Assembly: GCA_021801565.1 (NCBI GenBank)
Contig: JAJYXV010000003.1
Span: 68,894 to 132,893, forward strand
Direction: 5' to 3'
Length of the DNA stretch: 64,000 nt
Origin: a bacterium
GTDB taxonomy: Bacteria; Patescibacteriota; Minisyncoccia; UBA6257; GWB1-50-10
The position numbers and the translations under genes are program-made. Positions 36,028-46,428 of this stretch are shown here, one piece after another. The notes under the pieces were generated by a model. The model was not told where the DNA came from and did no database searches. It was given only the letters and a program-made list of their open reading frames with translations. Each line of letters starts with the position of its first letter. Positions within the stretch are counted from its first letter, which is position 1.

Positions 36028-37002
36028 ATGGATATTATAAAACCAAGAAAATTGAAGACTGGAGATGTCGTCGGTGTAATTTCTCCTTCAAGTCCTGTTA
36101 TTTCGAAGCGAGATCTTTCACGTGGGATGAAAGTATTGGAATCTCTTGGATTTAAGCCGAAACTGGCTCCTCGAGCACTTGAAGTACACGCGAACTATCA
36201 AGCGGGAACTCGCGAAGAACGTCTCACTGATCTTCACTCAATGTTTGCCGATGATGAAGTAAGGGGAATATTTTGCACGAGCGGTGGATATGCGTCTATA
36301 CAACTTCTTCAGGACATTGACTGGGATATTGTAAGAAAAAACCCGAAAGTATTCGTCGGATATTCTGATATTACTACGTTGTTAAATTCAATGTATGAAA
36401 AATCCGGTCTTATCACATTTCATGGTCCGATGATTGAGGGACTTATGGGTGAAACAAAGGGGGGAAAATATACGGTGAAAAATTTGAAAGAGACAGTGAT
36501 GAAGGGGGAGGCAAGAAAACTAACCACATTTACTGAATGGAAAACGTTAAAACCTGGAAAAGTAGAGGGACATCTCGTCGGCGGCAATCTCAATGTACTC
36601 ACGGCACTTCTTGGAACTCCATATGAACCAAAATGGGATGGAAAAATTCTTTTCTGGGAAGAAGTGAATGAGACGATTGAAGGACTCGATAATTATTTGT
36701 GGCGTCTCAGAATTTCAAAAATCTTTAAGAAGATTGAGGGGATGATCATTGGGAAGGTAACGGATATCCAGTCCATTGATGATGATGACAATGATAAATG
36801 GGCAACACTCGAAAAACCGCCCGTACTTGAAGATGTCATTCTCCGTGCAACAGAAGGGTTTAACTTTCCTATTCTCTACGGTGTTGATTTTGGCCACGAT
36901 GTGCCAAGCCTCACGCTTCCCGTGGGAGCCCGTGTAAATCTCAATTGTCCTGCTCCCGGAAGAATTGGATCTATATCGATACTTGAAAAATATCTTGACT
37001 GA
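36028..37002 (+). CDS. LD-carboxypeptidase (peptidase S66, LdcA/MccF family), copy 1
   Basis: GVISPSSPV and FVGYSDITTLL (catalytic Ser) S66 motifs. Confidence 0.8.
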   Translation: MDIIKPRKLKTGDVVGVISPSSPVISKRDLSRGMKVLESLGFKPKLAPRALEVHANYQAGTREERLTDLHSMFADDEVRGIFCTSGGYASIQLLQDIDWDIVRKNPKVFVGYSDITTLLNSMYEKSGLITFHGPMIEGLMGETKGGKYTVKNLKETVMKGEARKLTTFTEWKTLKPGKVEGHLVGGNLNVLTALLGTPYEPKWDGKILFWEEVNETIEGLDNYLWRLRISKIFKKIEGMIIGKVTDIQSIDDDDNDKWATLEKPPVLEDVILRATEGFNFPILYGVDFGHDVPSLTLPVGARVNLNCPAPGRIGSISILEKYLD

Positions 37003-37110
37003 TTTTTTATGGAAAATATACGAACCCTGCTATTCTTAAAATAGCAGGGTTTTGCTATTGACGGAGAATGTAGAAAAATTTATTCTGTAGTTAGTATTTT
37101 TAACTTTTAA

Positions 37111-38106
37111 TTGGAGGAAAGAATGAAAGGAGTAGTGCGACCGCAAAAACTAAGACCCGGAGACAAGGTTGGAATTATTTCTCCCTCAAGCCCCGTAAGT
37201 TCAAACAGGAGAATAAAACGTGGGATGAATATCTTACGATCGCTTGGGCTTGACCCCGTGCTTTCCAAAAGTGCGCTTACAATATCAAGTCCTCATGAAG
37301 CAGGGAGTCTTAAAGAACGTCTTTCTGATCTCCACGAGATGTTTCTCGATAAGAGTATAAAAGCGATTTTTTGTACGACCGGGGGATATATCTCATTACA
37401 ACTCCTCGAATTTATCAACTGGAATATTATCCGAGAGAATCCGAAGATATTTATTGGCTACTCTGATATAACAATGCTTTTGAATGCAATTTATTCAAAA
37501 ACAAATCTCATTACGTTTCATGGTCCGATGATTGAATGGTTGGACAGACCCGAAATGAGAGGAGGGAGATATACTATAAGGGGATTCAAAAATATCCTTA
37601 TGAAGGGAACGATTGGTAAACTTCAATCATTTACTGAATGGAAAACATTGAAACCAGGAAGGGCCGTCGGAAGTCTTGTTGGTGGAAATTTTAACACTCT
37701 CACTGGTCTTTTTGGGACACCTTATGCTCCAAATTGGAATGGAAAGATACTTTTTATCGAAGAAGTTGATGAAACGATTGAGGGATTTGATAATTATTTA
37801 TGGCGTCTTAGAATTTCTCGGATATTTGAAAAGATTCAAGGATTGGTAATTGGAAAAATTACCAATATCCAGTCTATTGATGATGAGTATGATGGGGTGA
37901 ATAGAAAACGTGAAAAATTTGGAGTGTCTCCAACAACAGAAGAAATAATTCTTCGGGCAACTGATAAGTTTAATTTTCCGATTCTTTATGGTGTTGACTT
38001 TGGTCATGATGTGGCGAGTCTTACGCTCCCCATTGGGGGAAAAGCGAGAATGGATTGTCCCTCTAAAGAAAAAATTGGATCGTTGTCTATTGTGAAAAAT
38101 TATTAA
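37111..38106 (+). CDS. LD-carboxypeptidase (peptidase S66, LdcA/MccF family), copy 2 (tandem paralog)
   Basis: GIISPSSPV and FIGYSDITMLL. Collinear similarity to the upstream gene across its length. Confidence 0.8.
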   Translation: MEERMKGVVRPQKLRPGDKVGIISPSSPVSSNRRIKRGMNILRSLGLDPVLSKSALTISSPHEAGSLKERLSDLHEMFLDKSIKAIFCTTGGYISLQLLEFINWNIIRENPKIFIGYSDITMLLNAIYSKTNLITFHGPMIEWLDRPEMRGGRYTIRGFKNILMKGTIGKLQSFTEWKTLKPGRAVGSLVGGNFNTLTGLFGTPYAPNWNGKILFIEEVDETIEGFDNYLWRLRISRIFEKIQGLVIGKITNIQSIDDEYDGVNRKREKFGVSPTTEEIILRATDKFNFPILYGVDFGHDVASLTLPIGGKARMDCPSKEKIGSLSIVKNY

Positions 38107-38107
38107 T

Positions 38108-38136
38108 AAAAAATCCCGTGTAAAGCGGGATTTTTT
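38108..38136 (+). terminator. Rho-independent terminator
   Basis: aaaaatcccg-tgtaaag-cgggatttttt. Confidence 0.55.
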
Positions 38137-38197
38137 GTATATTGACTTTATATAACAAATATGGTAATATTAAAATGATATAATAGAATAGAAAGAT

Positions 38198-39118
38198 ATG
38201 ATTCGTTGGATCAAGAAATATTTTATTCCCAATGAAGGAAACGACCATCAGCCGTATGTATTACGTGCACAGTCGATGGTACGGATTCTCTCGGTGGTAT
38301 TATTTTTAGAAATTGTTTTTCTTGTGCAGATTCTTTTTGTATTTCCGAAGACAAATTATTTTGCGAGCATTCTCCCTTCCGTGGTTGTTGATTTAACAAA
38401 CAGAGAACGTGAAGATATTCATGAACGTGCTCTTACCGCGAACACATTACTTGAGGAAGCAGCAAAAATGAAGGCGGAAGATATGGCTGCACGCGGATAT
38501 TTTTCGCACGAGTCGCCCGAAGGAAACGCTCCATGGGAATGGATCAAAAAAACAGGTTATCGATTTGCGTACGCTGGAGAAAATCTTGCAATAAACTTTT
38601 TTGATTCGAAAGATGTGGTAAATGCATGGATGAATTCTGAGAGTCATAAAGAAAATATACTTGATACACATTTTACTGAAATCGGTATAGGAACTGCGCA
38701 CGGCATTTACAAAGGAAAAGAAGCGCTTTTTGTCGTTCAATTTTTTGCGACACCATCAATATCTTCAAATGGAGAGGAAATAGTATCTCGACCCATGGAA
38801 CGTGCTGAAGCATCCATTACACCAAAAACATCACAGGGAGTTGCCGGAACCGCGGTTTCTGTTGCCCAAACTTCCACAAATGTCGAATCTCATTCTTCTT
38901 TGTTTCAACAAATATTTTCGACTCCACGAGGGATGAATACATATGTTTTGCTTGTGTTGCTTACCATCATTGCACTTGGATTTGTTTTGAATATATTCGT
39001 CAAAATAAAAATACAACACCCGCCGATTATTGTGCATGGTGCGATAATGCTCATGGTGATTGGTTCTTTGCTTGTTATAAACCAATATCTCGCATTTCTT
39101 CCGACGGGAGTGCTTTAA
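38198..39118 (+). CDS. CAP/SCP/PR-1 (YkwD-like) domain protein with a C-terminal membrane anchor
   Basis: GYFSHESPEG...GENLA...WMNSESHKENIL CAP-domain motifs. N- and C-terminal TM segments. Confidence 0.65.
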   Translation: MIRWIKKYFIPNEGNDHQPYVLRAQSMVRILSVVLFLEIVFLVQILFVFPKTNYFASILPSVVVDLTNREREDIHERALTANTLLEEAAKMKAEDMAARGYFSHESPEGNAPWEWIKKTGYRFAYAGENLAINFFDSKDVVNAWMNSESHKENILDTHFTEIGIGTAHGIYKGKEALFVVQFFATPSISSNGEEIVSRPMERAEASITPKTSQGVAGTAVSVAQTSTNVESHSSLFQQIFSTPRGMNTYVLLVLLTIIALGFVLNIFVKIKIQHPPIIVHGAIMLMVIGSLLVINQYLAFLPTGVL

Positions 39119-39124
39119 ATAACA

Positions 39125-39565
39125 CTATTTGTTTTTTGTGAGAGCATCTAACATCTTTTCAAGAGCTTCATTTTGGTTTTCCAGATGTTCAAGAACCGTT
39201 TCCACTTCGCGTTCTGCTTTTCTATTTATCTCGAAATCCTGTTCTGCTCGCATTTCTGAATATCTGTTTTGTAGATTTTGTCCAATGAGAAGGAGCGGGA
39301 GAAGAAAAAGTTGGATCATATTTGAAATGAAAAGCCACAATTCAAATGCGGGAACCTTATCAAACCGTAATTCCGCTGGTGCAAGTATATTCCAAAACAT
39401 CCACAAAACAGTCCAAAGAAAAATAATAAAGAAGAAACCCATAGTCCCGATTTTTTCAGTAACAAACAAAGCCAGTTTTTCCGTGCTTTTTAGTTCTCGC
39501 GATGGCGGGGTAACTGATTTGTGAAGAGATTTTATTTTTTCTAGTGGAAGAGGAGAATGTTTCAT
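39125..39565 (-). CDS. Hypothetical membrane protein (possibly DUF1003-like)
   Basis: Two TM helices followed by a C-terminal coiled-coil-like region. The family assignment is from memory only. Confidence 0.45.
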   Translation of the reverse strand: MKHSPLPLEKIKSLHKSVTPPSRELKSTEKLALFVTEKIGTMGFFFIIFLWTVLWMFWNILAPAELRFDKVPAFELWLFISNMIQLFLLPLLLIGQNLQNRYSEMRAEQDFEINRKAEREVETVLEHLENQNEALEKMLDALTKNK

Positions 39566-39621
39566 TTCATAAAAATTATTAATAACGGGATTTATGTGTT
39601 TTTATTATACAACAAATGTTT

Positions 39622-40326
39622 TTATGCTCCCAATCGGTGACCACGCTTAGTGAATTCATGCAGTGCTTTTTCAAATTCTTTTTTTCCAAATGCTGGCCAG
39701 AATGTTTCGGTAAAATAAAACTGACTGTCTGTTGTGTGCCACATCATAAATCCTGATGACCAATGAGGTTCCCCGCCGGTACGAATGACAAAATCAACCG
39801 AGGGGAGGTCTTTTGTCCATAAAAGTTCTTTTATTGATTCATAGTTAGGCTTTGATATATGAGACGTTATTCCCTTCTGAAACGCTTCAATCATCTCCTC
39901 TCTTCCGTCATATCCGAATAATATAGTAAGATTTCCTTTGTGAAAATGTGCTGTGTCGTGTTCTGCATCGTCAATTAATTTTGAAAGTATCTTACTCTTT
40001 GCAATTTCTTTTCCTTTTCCCAGAACTCTCATTCGTATCTCGTTTTTCCTCAGTGTCTCAGAATTTAGGATTTCTTTTAATTCTTTTTCGAACAACTTTA
40101 TAAGAAATGACACCTCTGTTTTTGATCTTTTCTTTAAATTATCCGCTGATGCTCCCCACACTGTTATATATTGAACTCCGCGTTCAAATCCCATTTCCGC
40201 AATTTCATGAACTCGTTTTGCCCCTTCGCGGTGACCTTCGTAGGGTGGTAATCCTTTTGATCTCGCCCATCTCCTGTTTCCATCAGGGATGATAGCAATA
40301 TGGTACGGAATTTTTTCCATGTTCAC
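39622..40326 (-). CDS. uppS: Undecaprenyl pyrophosphate synthase
   Basis: HIAIIPDGNRRWA cis-prenyltransferase signature. Confidence 0.9.
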   Translation of the reverse strand: MNMEKIPYHIAIIPDGNRRWARSKGLPPYEGHREGAKRVHEIAEMGFERGVQYITVWGASADNLKKRSKTEVSFLIKLFEKELKEILNSETLRKNEIRMRVLGKGKEIAKSKILSKLIDDAEHDTAHFHKGNLTILFGYDGREEMIEAFQKGITSHISKPNYESIKELLWTKDLPSVDFVIRTGGEPHWSSGFMMWHTTDSQFYFTETFWPAFGKKEFEKALHEFTKRGHRLGA

Positions 40327-40418
40327 TCATTATACTAATTTCTTTTTCTCATGTGTATTGACCATGATTTTTTTATATGGTTTAATTCATCCCAGTATTT
40401 TTTGAAAAAAGGAGACAC

Positions 40419-40640
40419 ATGATAGATATCACCCTTTTGGTAATAGAGAAGACATTCAATGAATTGAAAAAAAATAAAAAGGTGCAAATCCGATCGAAGT
40501 CTAATTATAATCTAGACGAAGAAATATATATTTCAAATAGAGAAGTAACCTCCGATGTCATTGTTGGAAAAATTAGCGGAAAGGAGAAAATAAAATCTAC
40601 ACATGAATACACGTTTCTTTATACCATTGAATGTAAATAA
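40419..40640 (+). CDS. Small hypothetical protein (73 aa)
   Basis: ORF followed by a terminator hairpin acccgga-tacaatt-ccgggcttttc at 40648-40680. Confidence 0.35.
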   Translation: MIDITLLVIEKTFNELKKNKKVQIRSKSNYNLDEEIYISNREVTSDVIVGKISGKEKIKSTHEYTFLYTIECK

Positions 40641-40715
40641 TTAATACCCGGATACAATTCCGGGCTTTTCTTTTTGGTGAAATAAATTCCCGATTTTGTT
40701 GTATTATAGAGAGAT

Positions 40716-41276
40716 ATGGATCCAGACTATAGAGATGAGGAGCTAGTGGAAAAGGTGCGGGGAGGTGATACGGAGGCATTCGGAAGTATTGTTGATCGAT
40801 ATGAAGAAAAGCTACTTCGTTATGGAAGGCGATTTTTTTCTGACTGGGACGATATCGCAGATCTTGTACAGGATGTCTTTTTGAAAGCGTATATTAATAT
40901 AAAAAGTTTTGACATTACATTGCGTTTTTCCCCATGGATATATCGAATTGCTCACAACGAATTTGTAAATGCCCTAAAGAAAAAAGCGAAAAATCCTGTT
41001 TCTTTTCTCGATGTTGACGTGCTTTTTCCACACCCAATTTCGGATGAAAACGAAGGAGATCGAATTGATAGGGAGACCTTAAAACAGATTTTCGAGAAAT
41101 CTTTAAATGCACTTGATTTAAAATATCGTGAACCAATTATTCTTTATTATTTTGAAGATCTTGGATATCAGGAAATTGCCGATATTCTCCGCATTCCTAT
41201 TTCGACCGTGGGGGTGCGCATCGCCCGAGGAAAAAAAATACTCAAAAAATCGTATGATTGTTTTGAAAAAAAATAG
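40716..41276 (+). CDS. ECF-type RNA polymerase sigma-70 factor
   Basis: Region 2 DLVQDVFLKAY...WIYRIAHNEF and region 4 HTH LGYQEIADILRIPISTVGVRIARGKK. Confidence 0.85.
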   Translation: MDPDYRDEELVEKVRGGDTEAFGSIVDRYEEKLLRYGRRFFSDWDDIADLVQDVFLKAYINIKSFDITLRFSPWIYRIAHNEFVNALKKKAKNPVSFLDVDVLFPHPISDENEGDRIDRETLKQIFEKSLNALDLKYREPIILYYFEDLGYQEIADILRIPISTVGVRIARGKKILKKSYDCFEKK

Positions 41277-41297
41277 CCGTAGACATCAAATATTTTT

Positions 41298-42041
41298 ATG
41301 GAAGAAAAAAAATCGATAAAAAATTCAGTGTTAGAAAAAATAAAAAGCGGACAGGCTGCAATGAAACCGAAATGGCACTTTGTGTTGAAAGCGGTTCTTG
41401 TGGGTATCGGGATTATTATATTTATACTTCTTACGCTTTTTGTGATAAGTCTCATTATTTTTATACTTCATGATAATGGTACATGGTTTGTTCCCGCATT
41501 CGGTATGCGTGGAATAGGGAGGTTTATCGTTTCTGTTCCCTGGCTTCTTGTACTTGCGTGCGTCGCGTTTATCGGGCTACTCGAGATATTAGTAAGAAAA
41601 TATTCATTTGCTTATCGAAAACCGTTTTTATATTCAATTATCGGGATTATTTTATTTGTTAGTGTGGGAGGAATTGGGGTTTTTGCAACACATATGCATG
41701 ATCGTTTTTCACGTCTTGCAATGGAAAGGCGGCTTCCATTTGCAGGTCCTATGTATCAGAGATTTCGCGCACAACGCCCAATTGATGTATATCCGGGAAC
41801 AGTGAGGGAAACAACAGAAAATGGATTTTTAATTGAAAATGAATCAAATGAAACATTCAGAGTTGTAGTAACACATGCTACACGTTTTCCTTTTGGTTCG
41901 GAAATTGTTGTAGGAGACGATATTGTTGTTATGGGAGATTTGAAGGATGGAGTAATTTATGCATTCGGAATAAGAAAAATAGACGATAAACTTCCATTTC
42001 TCCCAAGTCCAGGGCAAGTTGAAATGAGAAGAATAAATTAA
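41298..42041 (+). CDS. Putative anti-sigma factor / membrane protein
   Basis: Immediately downstream of the ECF sigma gene. Multiple TM helices. Confidence 0.45.
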   Translation: MEEKKSIKNSVLEKIKSGQAAMKPKWHFVLKAVLVGIGIIIFILLTLFVISLIIFILHDNGTWFVPAFGMRGIGRFIVSVPWLLVLACVAFIGLLEILVRKYSFAYRKPFLYSIIGIILFVSVGGIGVFATHMHDRFSRLAMERRLPFAGPMYQRFRAQRPIDVYPGTVRETTENGFLIENESNETFRVVVTHATRFPFGSEIVVGDDIVVMGDLKDGVIYAFGIRKIDDKLPFLPSPGQVEMRRIN

Positions 42042-42052
42042 ATAAATAATAT

Positions 42053-43825
42053 ATGAAAAATCTTTTTATTACATCAAAAAAATTTATTGTTGGCCATAAA
42101 AAACTTTCGTTGTTTCTTCTCATTCTTGTGGTGGGCGGAGGATATTATGCGTATGGAAAATTAAAAGGAACAACCCTCGAAACTCGTTATGTCCTTGCAA
42201 AAGTTGAAAAAGGAACACTTATTACTTCTGTTTCTGGAAGCGGACAAGTTTCTGCGTTAAACCAGGTTGATATAAAACCGAAAATTTCCGGAGATATTAC
42301 ATGGGTGGGTGTAAAAAACGGACAGGAGGTTCGTGCCGGACAAGCACTTTTTGGTTTTGATGATACCACTGCGAAAAAAGACGTTGCGAATGCCGAACTC
42401 GATCTTGAGGCAGCACAACTCCAGTTTGAAAAAGACAGTGCTCAGGCTCCAATTGATTATCAAAGAAAACTAGAAACTCTTACCACCCAAAAAAGTGACT
42501 TAGAAAAAGAATATGATAATGCATTTAATGTAGTATCCGATGCATTTCTTAATCTTCCTTCTACCGTGACGGGGGCGGAAAATGTGTTGTATGGAACAAA
42601 TCTCAGTAAAAATTCCAGTCAGTGGAACGTTAGTATGTATAGAGATATATTCACGGCGGAACATGATCGAGATGCGGTAAAACAATTTGCGGATATTGCA
42701 GAGCGTGATTATAAGGATGCGCGAAATAAATACGATTCGGTTTTTCTTAAGTTCAAATCAGTGACAAGAAATTCTGATCCGGCAATTATCGAAAGCATGC
42801 TTTCTGAAACATACGATGCCGCTGCTTCTGTGGCACAGGCACTAAAAAGCGAAAAGAATCTTATTGATACCGTGATTGATATTGCACAAACAAACAAACA
42901 GACATTAGATTCATTTATTACTGCGACGCAATCAAATCTCACCGGCTATCTAAATACTGCGAACAGCAAAGTGGGAGCACTATTAAGTGAAGAACGTTCA
43001 TTAAGTGATGCAAAACAGATAATTGTGGATACTGAACGTGACATTAATATTTTAAAAATCAATAATCCGACCGGATCAAATCCAATTAGTTTACAAAGCG
43101 AACAAAATTCAATAAAGAAACAAGAGAAAACACTTGCAGATCTTCGCGATGAACTTGCAAAATATACAGTATATGCTCCGTTTGCCGGTATAATTTCATC
43201 GGTAAATGTTGAAAAGGGTGATTCTGCGTCAAGCGGAACAGCACTTGCGACGATTCTTACCAAAAAAAAGCTTGCAGAAATTACGTTAAATGAAGTAGAT
43301 GTTGCAAAAATACAGATAGGACAGAAAGCTACAGTAACATTTGATGCAATTGATGGATTAAGTATTACGGGGGAGGTAAGTGAAATTGATTCAGCGGGAA
43401 CGGTAACGCAGGGAGTGGTGAATTATAAGGTGAAAATAGGTTTTGATACTCAAGACGATCGAGTAAAAGCAGGAATGAGTATTTCGGCATCAATTATTAC
43501 AAACAGTAAAGCGGACGTGCTTATGATTTCAAATTCAGCGGTGAAATCACAAAATGGGGTACGTTATGTTGAAACGGTTGATGCTACTTCTTTTGGAAAT
43601 CAAGTAAGTCAAGGTTCTCAAGGAGTAATACTTCCTGCGGCGCCGAAACAAAAAACAGTTGAGGTGGGAATGTTGAATGATACTTCAACAGAGATTATAA
43701 GTGGTCTTGAAGAGGGAGAAGTTGTAGTTGTTCGAACTATTTCTCAGTCTTCTACTCAACAGACCCAAACTACACAGCAGGGGAATGGAGTAAGAATCCC
43801 TGGTCTTGGTGGATTAGGCCGCTGA
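42053..43825 (+). CDS. HlyD-family periplasmic adaptor (MacA-like) with a long coiled coil
   Basis: N-terminal TM, a biotinyl-lipoyl-like strand YTVYAPFAGIISSVNVEKGD, and a long helical insert. Confidence 0.8.
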   Translation: MKNLFITSKKFIVGHKKLSLFLLILVVGGGYYAYGKLKGTTLETRYVLAKVEKGTLITSVSGSGQVSALNQVDIKPKISGDITWVGVKNGQEVRAGQALFGFDDTTAKKDVANAELDLEAAQLQFEKDSAQAPIDYQRKLETLTTQKSDLEKEYDNAFNVVSDAFLNLPSTVTGAENVLYGTNLSKNSSQWNVSMYRDIFTAEHDRDAVKQFADIAERDYKDARNKYDSVFLKFKSVTRNSDPAIIESMLSETYDAAASVAQALKSEKNLIDTVIDIAQTNKQTLDSFITATQSNLTGYLNTANSKVGALLSEERSLSDAKQIIVDTERDINILKINNPTGSNPISLQSEQNSIKKQEKTLADLRDELAKYTVYAPFAGIISSVNVEKGDSASSGTALATILTKKKLAEITLNEVDVAKIQIGQKATVTFDAIDGLSITGEVSEIDSAGTVTQGVVNYKVKIGFDTQDDRVKAGMSISASIITNSKADVLMISNSAVKSQNGVRYVETVDATSFGNQVSQGSQGVILPAAPKQKTVEVGMLNDTSTEIISGLEEGEVVVVRTISQSSTQQTQTTQQGNGVRIPGLGGLGR

Positions 43826-43833
43826 TAGTAAAT

Positions 43834-44553
43834 ATGATTACGTGTGCAAATATTACAAAGACATATATAAATGGGGATGTGGAAACGCCGGTGTTGAAGG
43901 GAATATCTTTTAAGGTGGAAAGTGGCGAATTTGTTGCAATCATGGGACCGTCTGGTTCTGGAAAATCTACGCTTATGCATATTCTTGGCGCGCTTGATAC
44001 GGTAACCTCGGGCACATATATACTTGATGGACGCGATGTGTCAAAGCTTTCTGATGATGAACTAGCCGATGTGCGGAGGGAAAAAATCGGATTTGTGTTT
44101 CAATCATTTAATCTTCTTTCGCGCGCGACAGTGTTGCGAAATGTGATGCTTCCCCTTATCTACGCAGAGGTTCCAAAATTAAAACGAGTGGAGCAAGCAC
44201 ATCGTGCCTTAAATGCGGCAGGACTTGATAGCGATCGGTGGCACCACCTTTCGAATCAACTTTCTGGTGGACAAATGCAGCGTGTCGCGATTGCAAGGGC
44301 GCTTGTAAATAACCCGAGTATTATTTTTGCCGATGAACCTACAGGAAATCTTGATTCAAAAACTGGCGAAATCGTTCTTGGCACATTTCAGGAATTAAAC
44401 CGGAAACATCATCACACTATCATTCTCATCACCCACGAACCGTATGTTGCTGAACACGCGGATAGAATTATTCATATAGTTGATGGACTTATACTCGAAG
44501 ATAAAAAAAATATTCATAAACGGATAGTGCACACGCATAACGCAATATCATGA
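43834..44553 (+). CDS. ABC transporter ATP-binding protein (MacB/LolD/FtsE family)
   Basis: Walker [10 protein letters not shown], signature [15 protein letters not shown], Walker [13 protein letters not shown]. Confidence 0.9.
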   Translation: MITCANITKTYINGDVETPVLKGISFKVESGEFVAIMGPSGSGKSTLMHILGALDTVTSGTYILDGRDVSKLSDDELADVRREKIGFVFQSFNLLSRATVLRNVMLPLIYAEVPKLKRVEQAHRALNAAGLDSDRWHHLSNQLSGGQMQRVAIARALVNNPSIIFADEPTGNLDSKTGEIVLGTFQELNRKHHHTIILITHEPYVAEHADRIIHIVDGLILEDKKNIHKRIVHTHNAIS

Positions 44554-45773
44554 AAATATCAGATTTAGTAGAGGAAACATATTTTTCACTTACGGTGAAT
44601 AAAGTACGAACAGGGCTTACCATGCTCGGTATCGTGATTGGTATTGGCTCAGTGATTGGAATGGTTTCAATTGGACAGGGAGCACAGGGTTCGATTGAAT
44701 CAAGAATCAAATCAATTGGTTCGAACTTAATTATTGTGTCACCGGGGGCTCAACGTGGCCCTGGAGTACAAGTAAGTTCTGGACGTGGATCGGCACAGAC
44801 GCTCACACAAGAAGATGCTGATGCGATTATAAAAGAAGTTACATCTGTAAAAGCGATTGCGCCTGAAATTTCCCGGCGATATCAAATTACTGCAAAGGGA
44901 ACAAATACAAACACACAGGTGGTGGGAACCGTATCAGCATACCCAGCTGTACGTAATATTGAGATAGATACAGGGTCGTTTATTACTGATCAGCAAGTAA
45001 GTAGCCTTGCACGTGTTGCGGTGCTTGGTCCTACAACTCGTGATGATTTATTTGGAGTTGGCGCCGAAGCAATTGGGCAGTCAGTGAGAATTAATAAGGT
45101 TGATTTCAAAATTATTGGGATTACAAAATCAAAGGGAGGAAGCGGATTTGGAAATCAAGATGATATGATATTTGTTCCGCTTTCGACTGCGCAGCGATTT
45201 CTTGCGGGGGACACATATGTGACTTCAATAAGTATTGCAGCTCAAGACCAAAATTCTATGAGTGATGTGCAACAGCAGGTAAGTGAATTATTACTTCAAC
45301 GCCATAAAATTTCAGATCCGCAACTCGCTGATTTTAGTGTATTAAATCAGGCAGATATTGTTGCTACCGCATCATCGGTGACTGGGATATTTACTATTCT
45401 ACTTGGAGCGATTGCTGGAATTTCTCTTTTGGTAGGAGGAATTGGAATCATGAATATGATGCTTACCACCGTCACAGAACGGACACGTGAAATAGGACTC
45501 CGAAAAGCAATTGGTGCGAAAAAAGCGGACATTACCATTCAATTTATTACTGAGTCTGTTGCACTTACGTTTCTTGGGGGGGTTGTCGGAGTATTATTCG
45601 GATGGTTACTTGCATTTTTTACCACACAATTTGCAGGAATCGCTACAAGTATTTCTTCTGGGTCAGTTATGCTTGCGTTCGGTGTTTCGGCAGGAATTGG
45701 GATTCTTTTTGGATATTATCCGGCTCGTCGTGCGGCATCGCTAAATCCGATTGAAGCATTGAGATATGAATAA
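44550..45773 (+). CDS. ABC transporter permease (MacB-like periplasmic domain plus FtsX domain)
   Basis: N-terminal TM, large periplasmic domain, C-terminal FtsX-like 3-TM bundle. Start overlaps the upstream stop by 4 nt. Confidence 0.85.
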   Translation: MKISDLVEETYFSLTVNKVRTGLTMLGIVIGIGSVIGMVSIGQGAQGSIESRIKSIGSNLIIVSPGAQRGPGVQVSSGRGSAQTLTQEDADAIIKEVTSVKAIAPEISRRYQITAKGTNTNTQVVGTVSAYPAVRNIEIDTGSFITDQQVSSLARVAVLGPTTRDDLFGVGAEAIGQSVRINKVDFKIIGITKSKGGSGFGNQDDMIFVPLSTAQRFLAGDTYVTSISIAAQDQNSMSDVQQQVSELLLQRHKISDPQLADFSVLNQADIVATASSVTGIFTILLGAIAGISLLVGGIGIMNMMLTTVTERTREIGLRKAIGAKKADITIQFITESVALTFLGGVVGVLFGWLLAFFTTQFAGIATSISSGSVMLAFGVSAGIGILFGYYPARRAASLNPIEALRYE

Positions 45774-45810
45774 GAGCCATTCGTCCGTGGTTCTCAAAGA
45801 AATATAAAAA

Positions 45811-46218
45811 ATGAAAAAAATAACACCAATAATCATTGTTGCAGTTATCGTGGGATTGATATGTTTTTATGTCGGTGTGCAATATGGAAAAAATACAACA
45901 AATACAAAAGCACAATTTAACGGGCAGAATTTTATACCAAGAGGAAACAATAGAGTAGGACAAAGGGGTCAGGGAGGAGGTTTTATGAATGGAGATATTA
46001 TCTCAAAAGATACATCTACTATCACATTAAAGTTGGGAGATGGAGGATCAAAAATTGTCTTTATTTCAACATCAACCTCAGTTATGAAATCGACTGAAGG
46101 ATCTCTCAATGATCTATCTATCGGAGAGAATGTATTAGTAATGGGAACGACAAACTCTGATGGAAGTATAACTGCAAAGTCTATTCAGTTGAGAAATCCG
46201 TTATCAACAAGCAGATAG
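45811..46218 (+). CDS. Hypothetical secreted protein (135 aa)
   Basis: N-terminal signal/TM. Gly/Thr/Ser-rich. Confidence 0.5.
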   Translation: MKKITPIIIVAVIVGLICFYVGVQYGKNTTNTKAQFNGQNFIPRGNNRVGQRGQGGGFMNGDIISKDTSTITLKLGDGGSKIVFISTSTSVMKSTEGSLNDLSIGENVLVMGTTNSDGSITAKSIQLRNPLSTSR

Positions 46219-46380
46219 TATTGATTTTTATTCTCATTTTCTGCAATAATAACATAGATATGAAATCTATTTCCGTGCAATATCGAATACCGATAATCGC
46301 GACGCAACTCGTGCTTATTATTGTACTTATTCTCTTCGATGCGAATCGGAGGTTTGTGATTTCTTAAAAAACGAATGTAG

Positions 46381-46420
46381 AAATCCCCTCCGATGTATAT
46401 CGGAGGGGATTTTGTTTTTG
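46381..46420 (+). terminator. Rho-independent terminator
   Basis: aaatcccctccgat-gtatat-atcggaggggatttt followed by gttttt. Confidence 0.5.
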
Positions 46421-46428
46421 TCTGAGAA

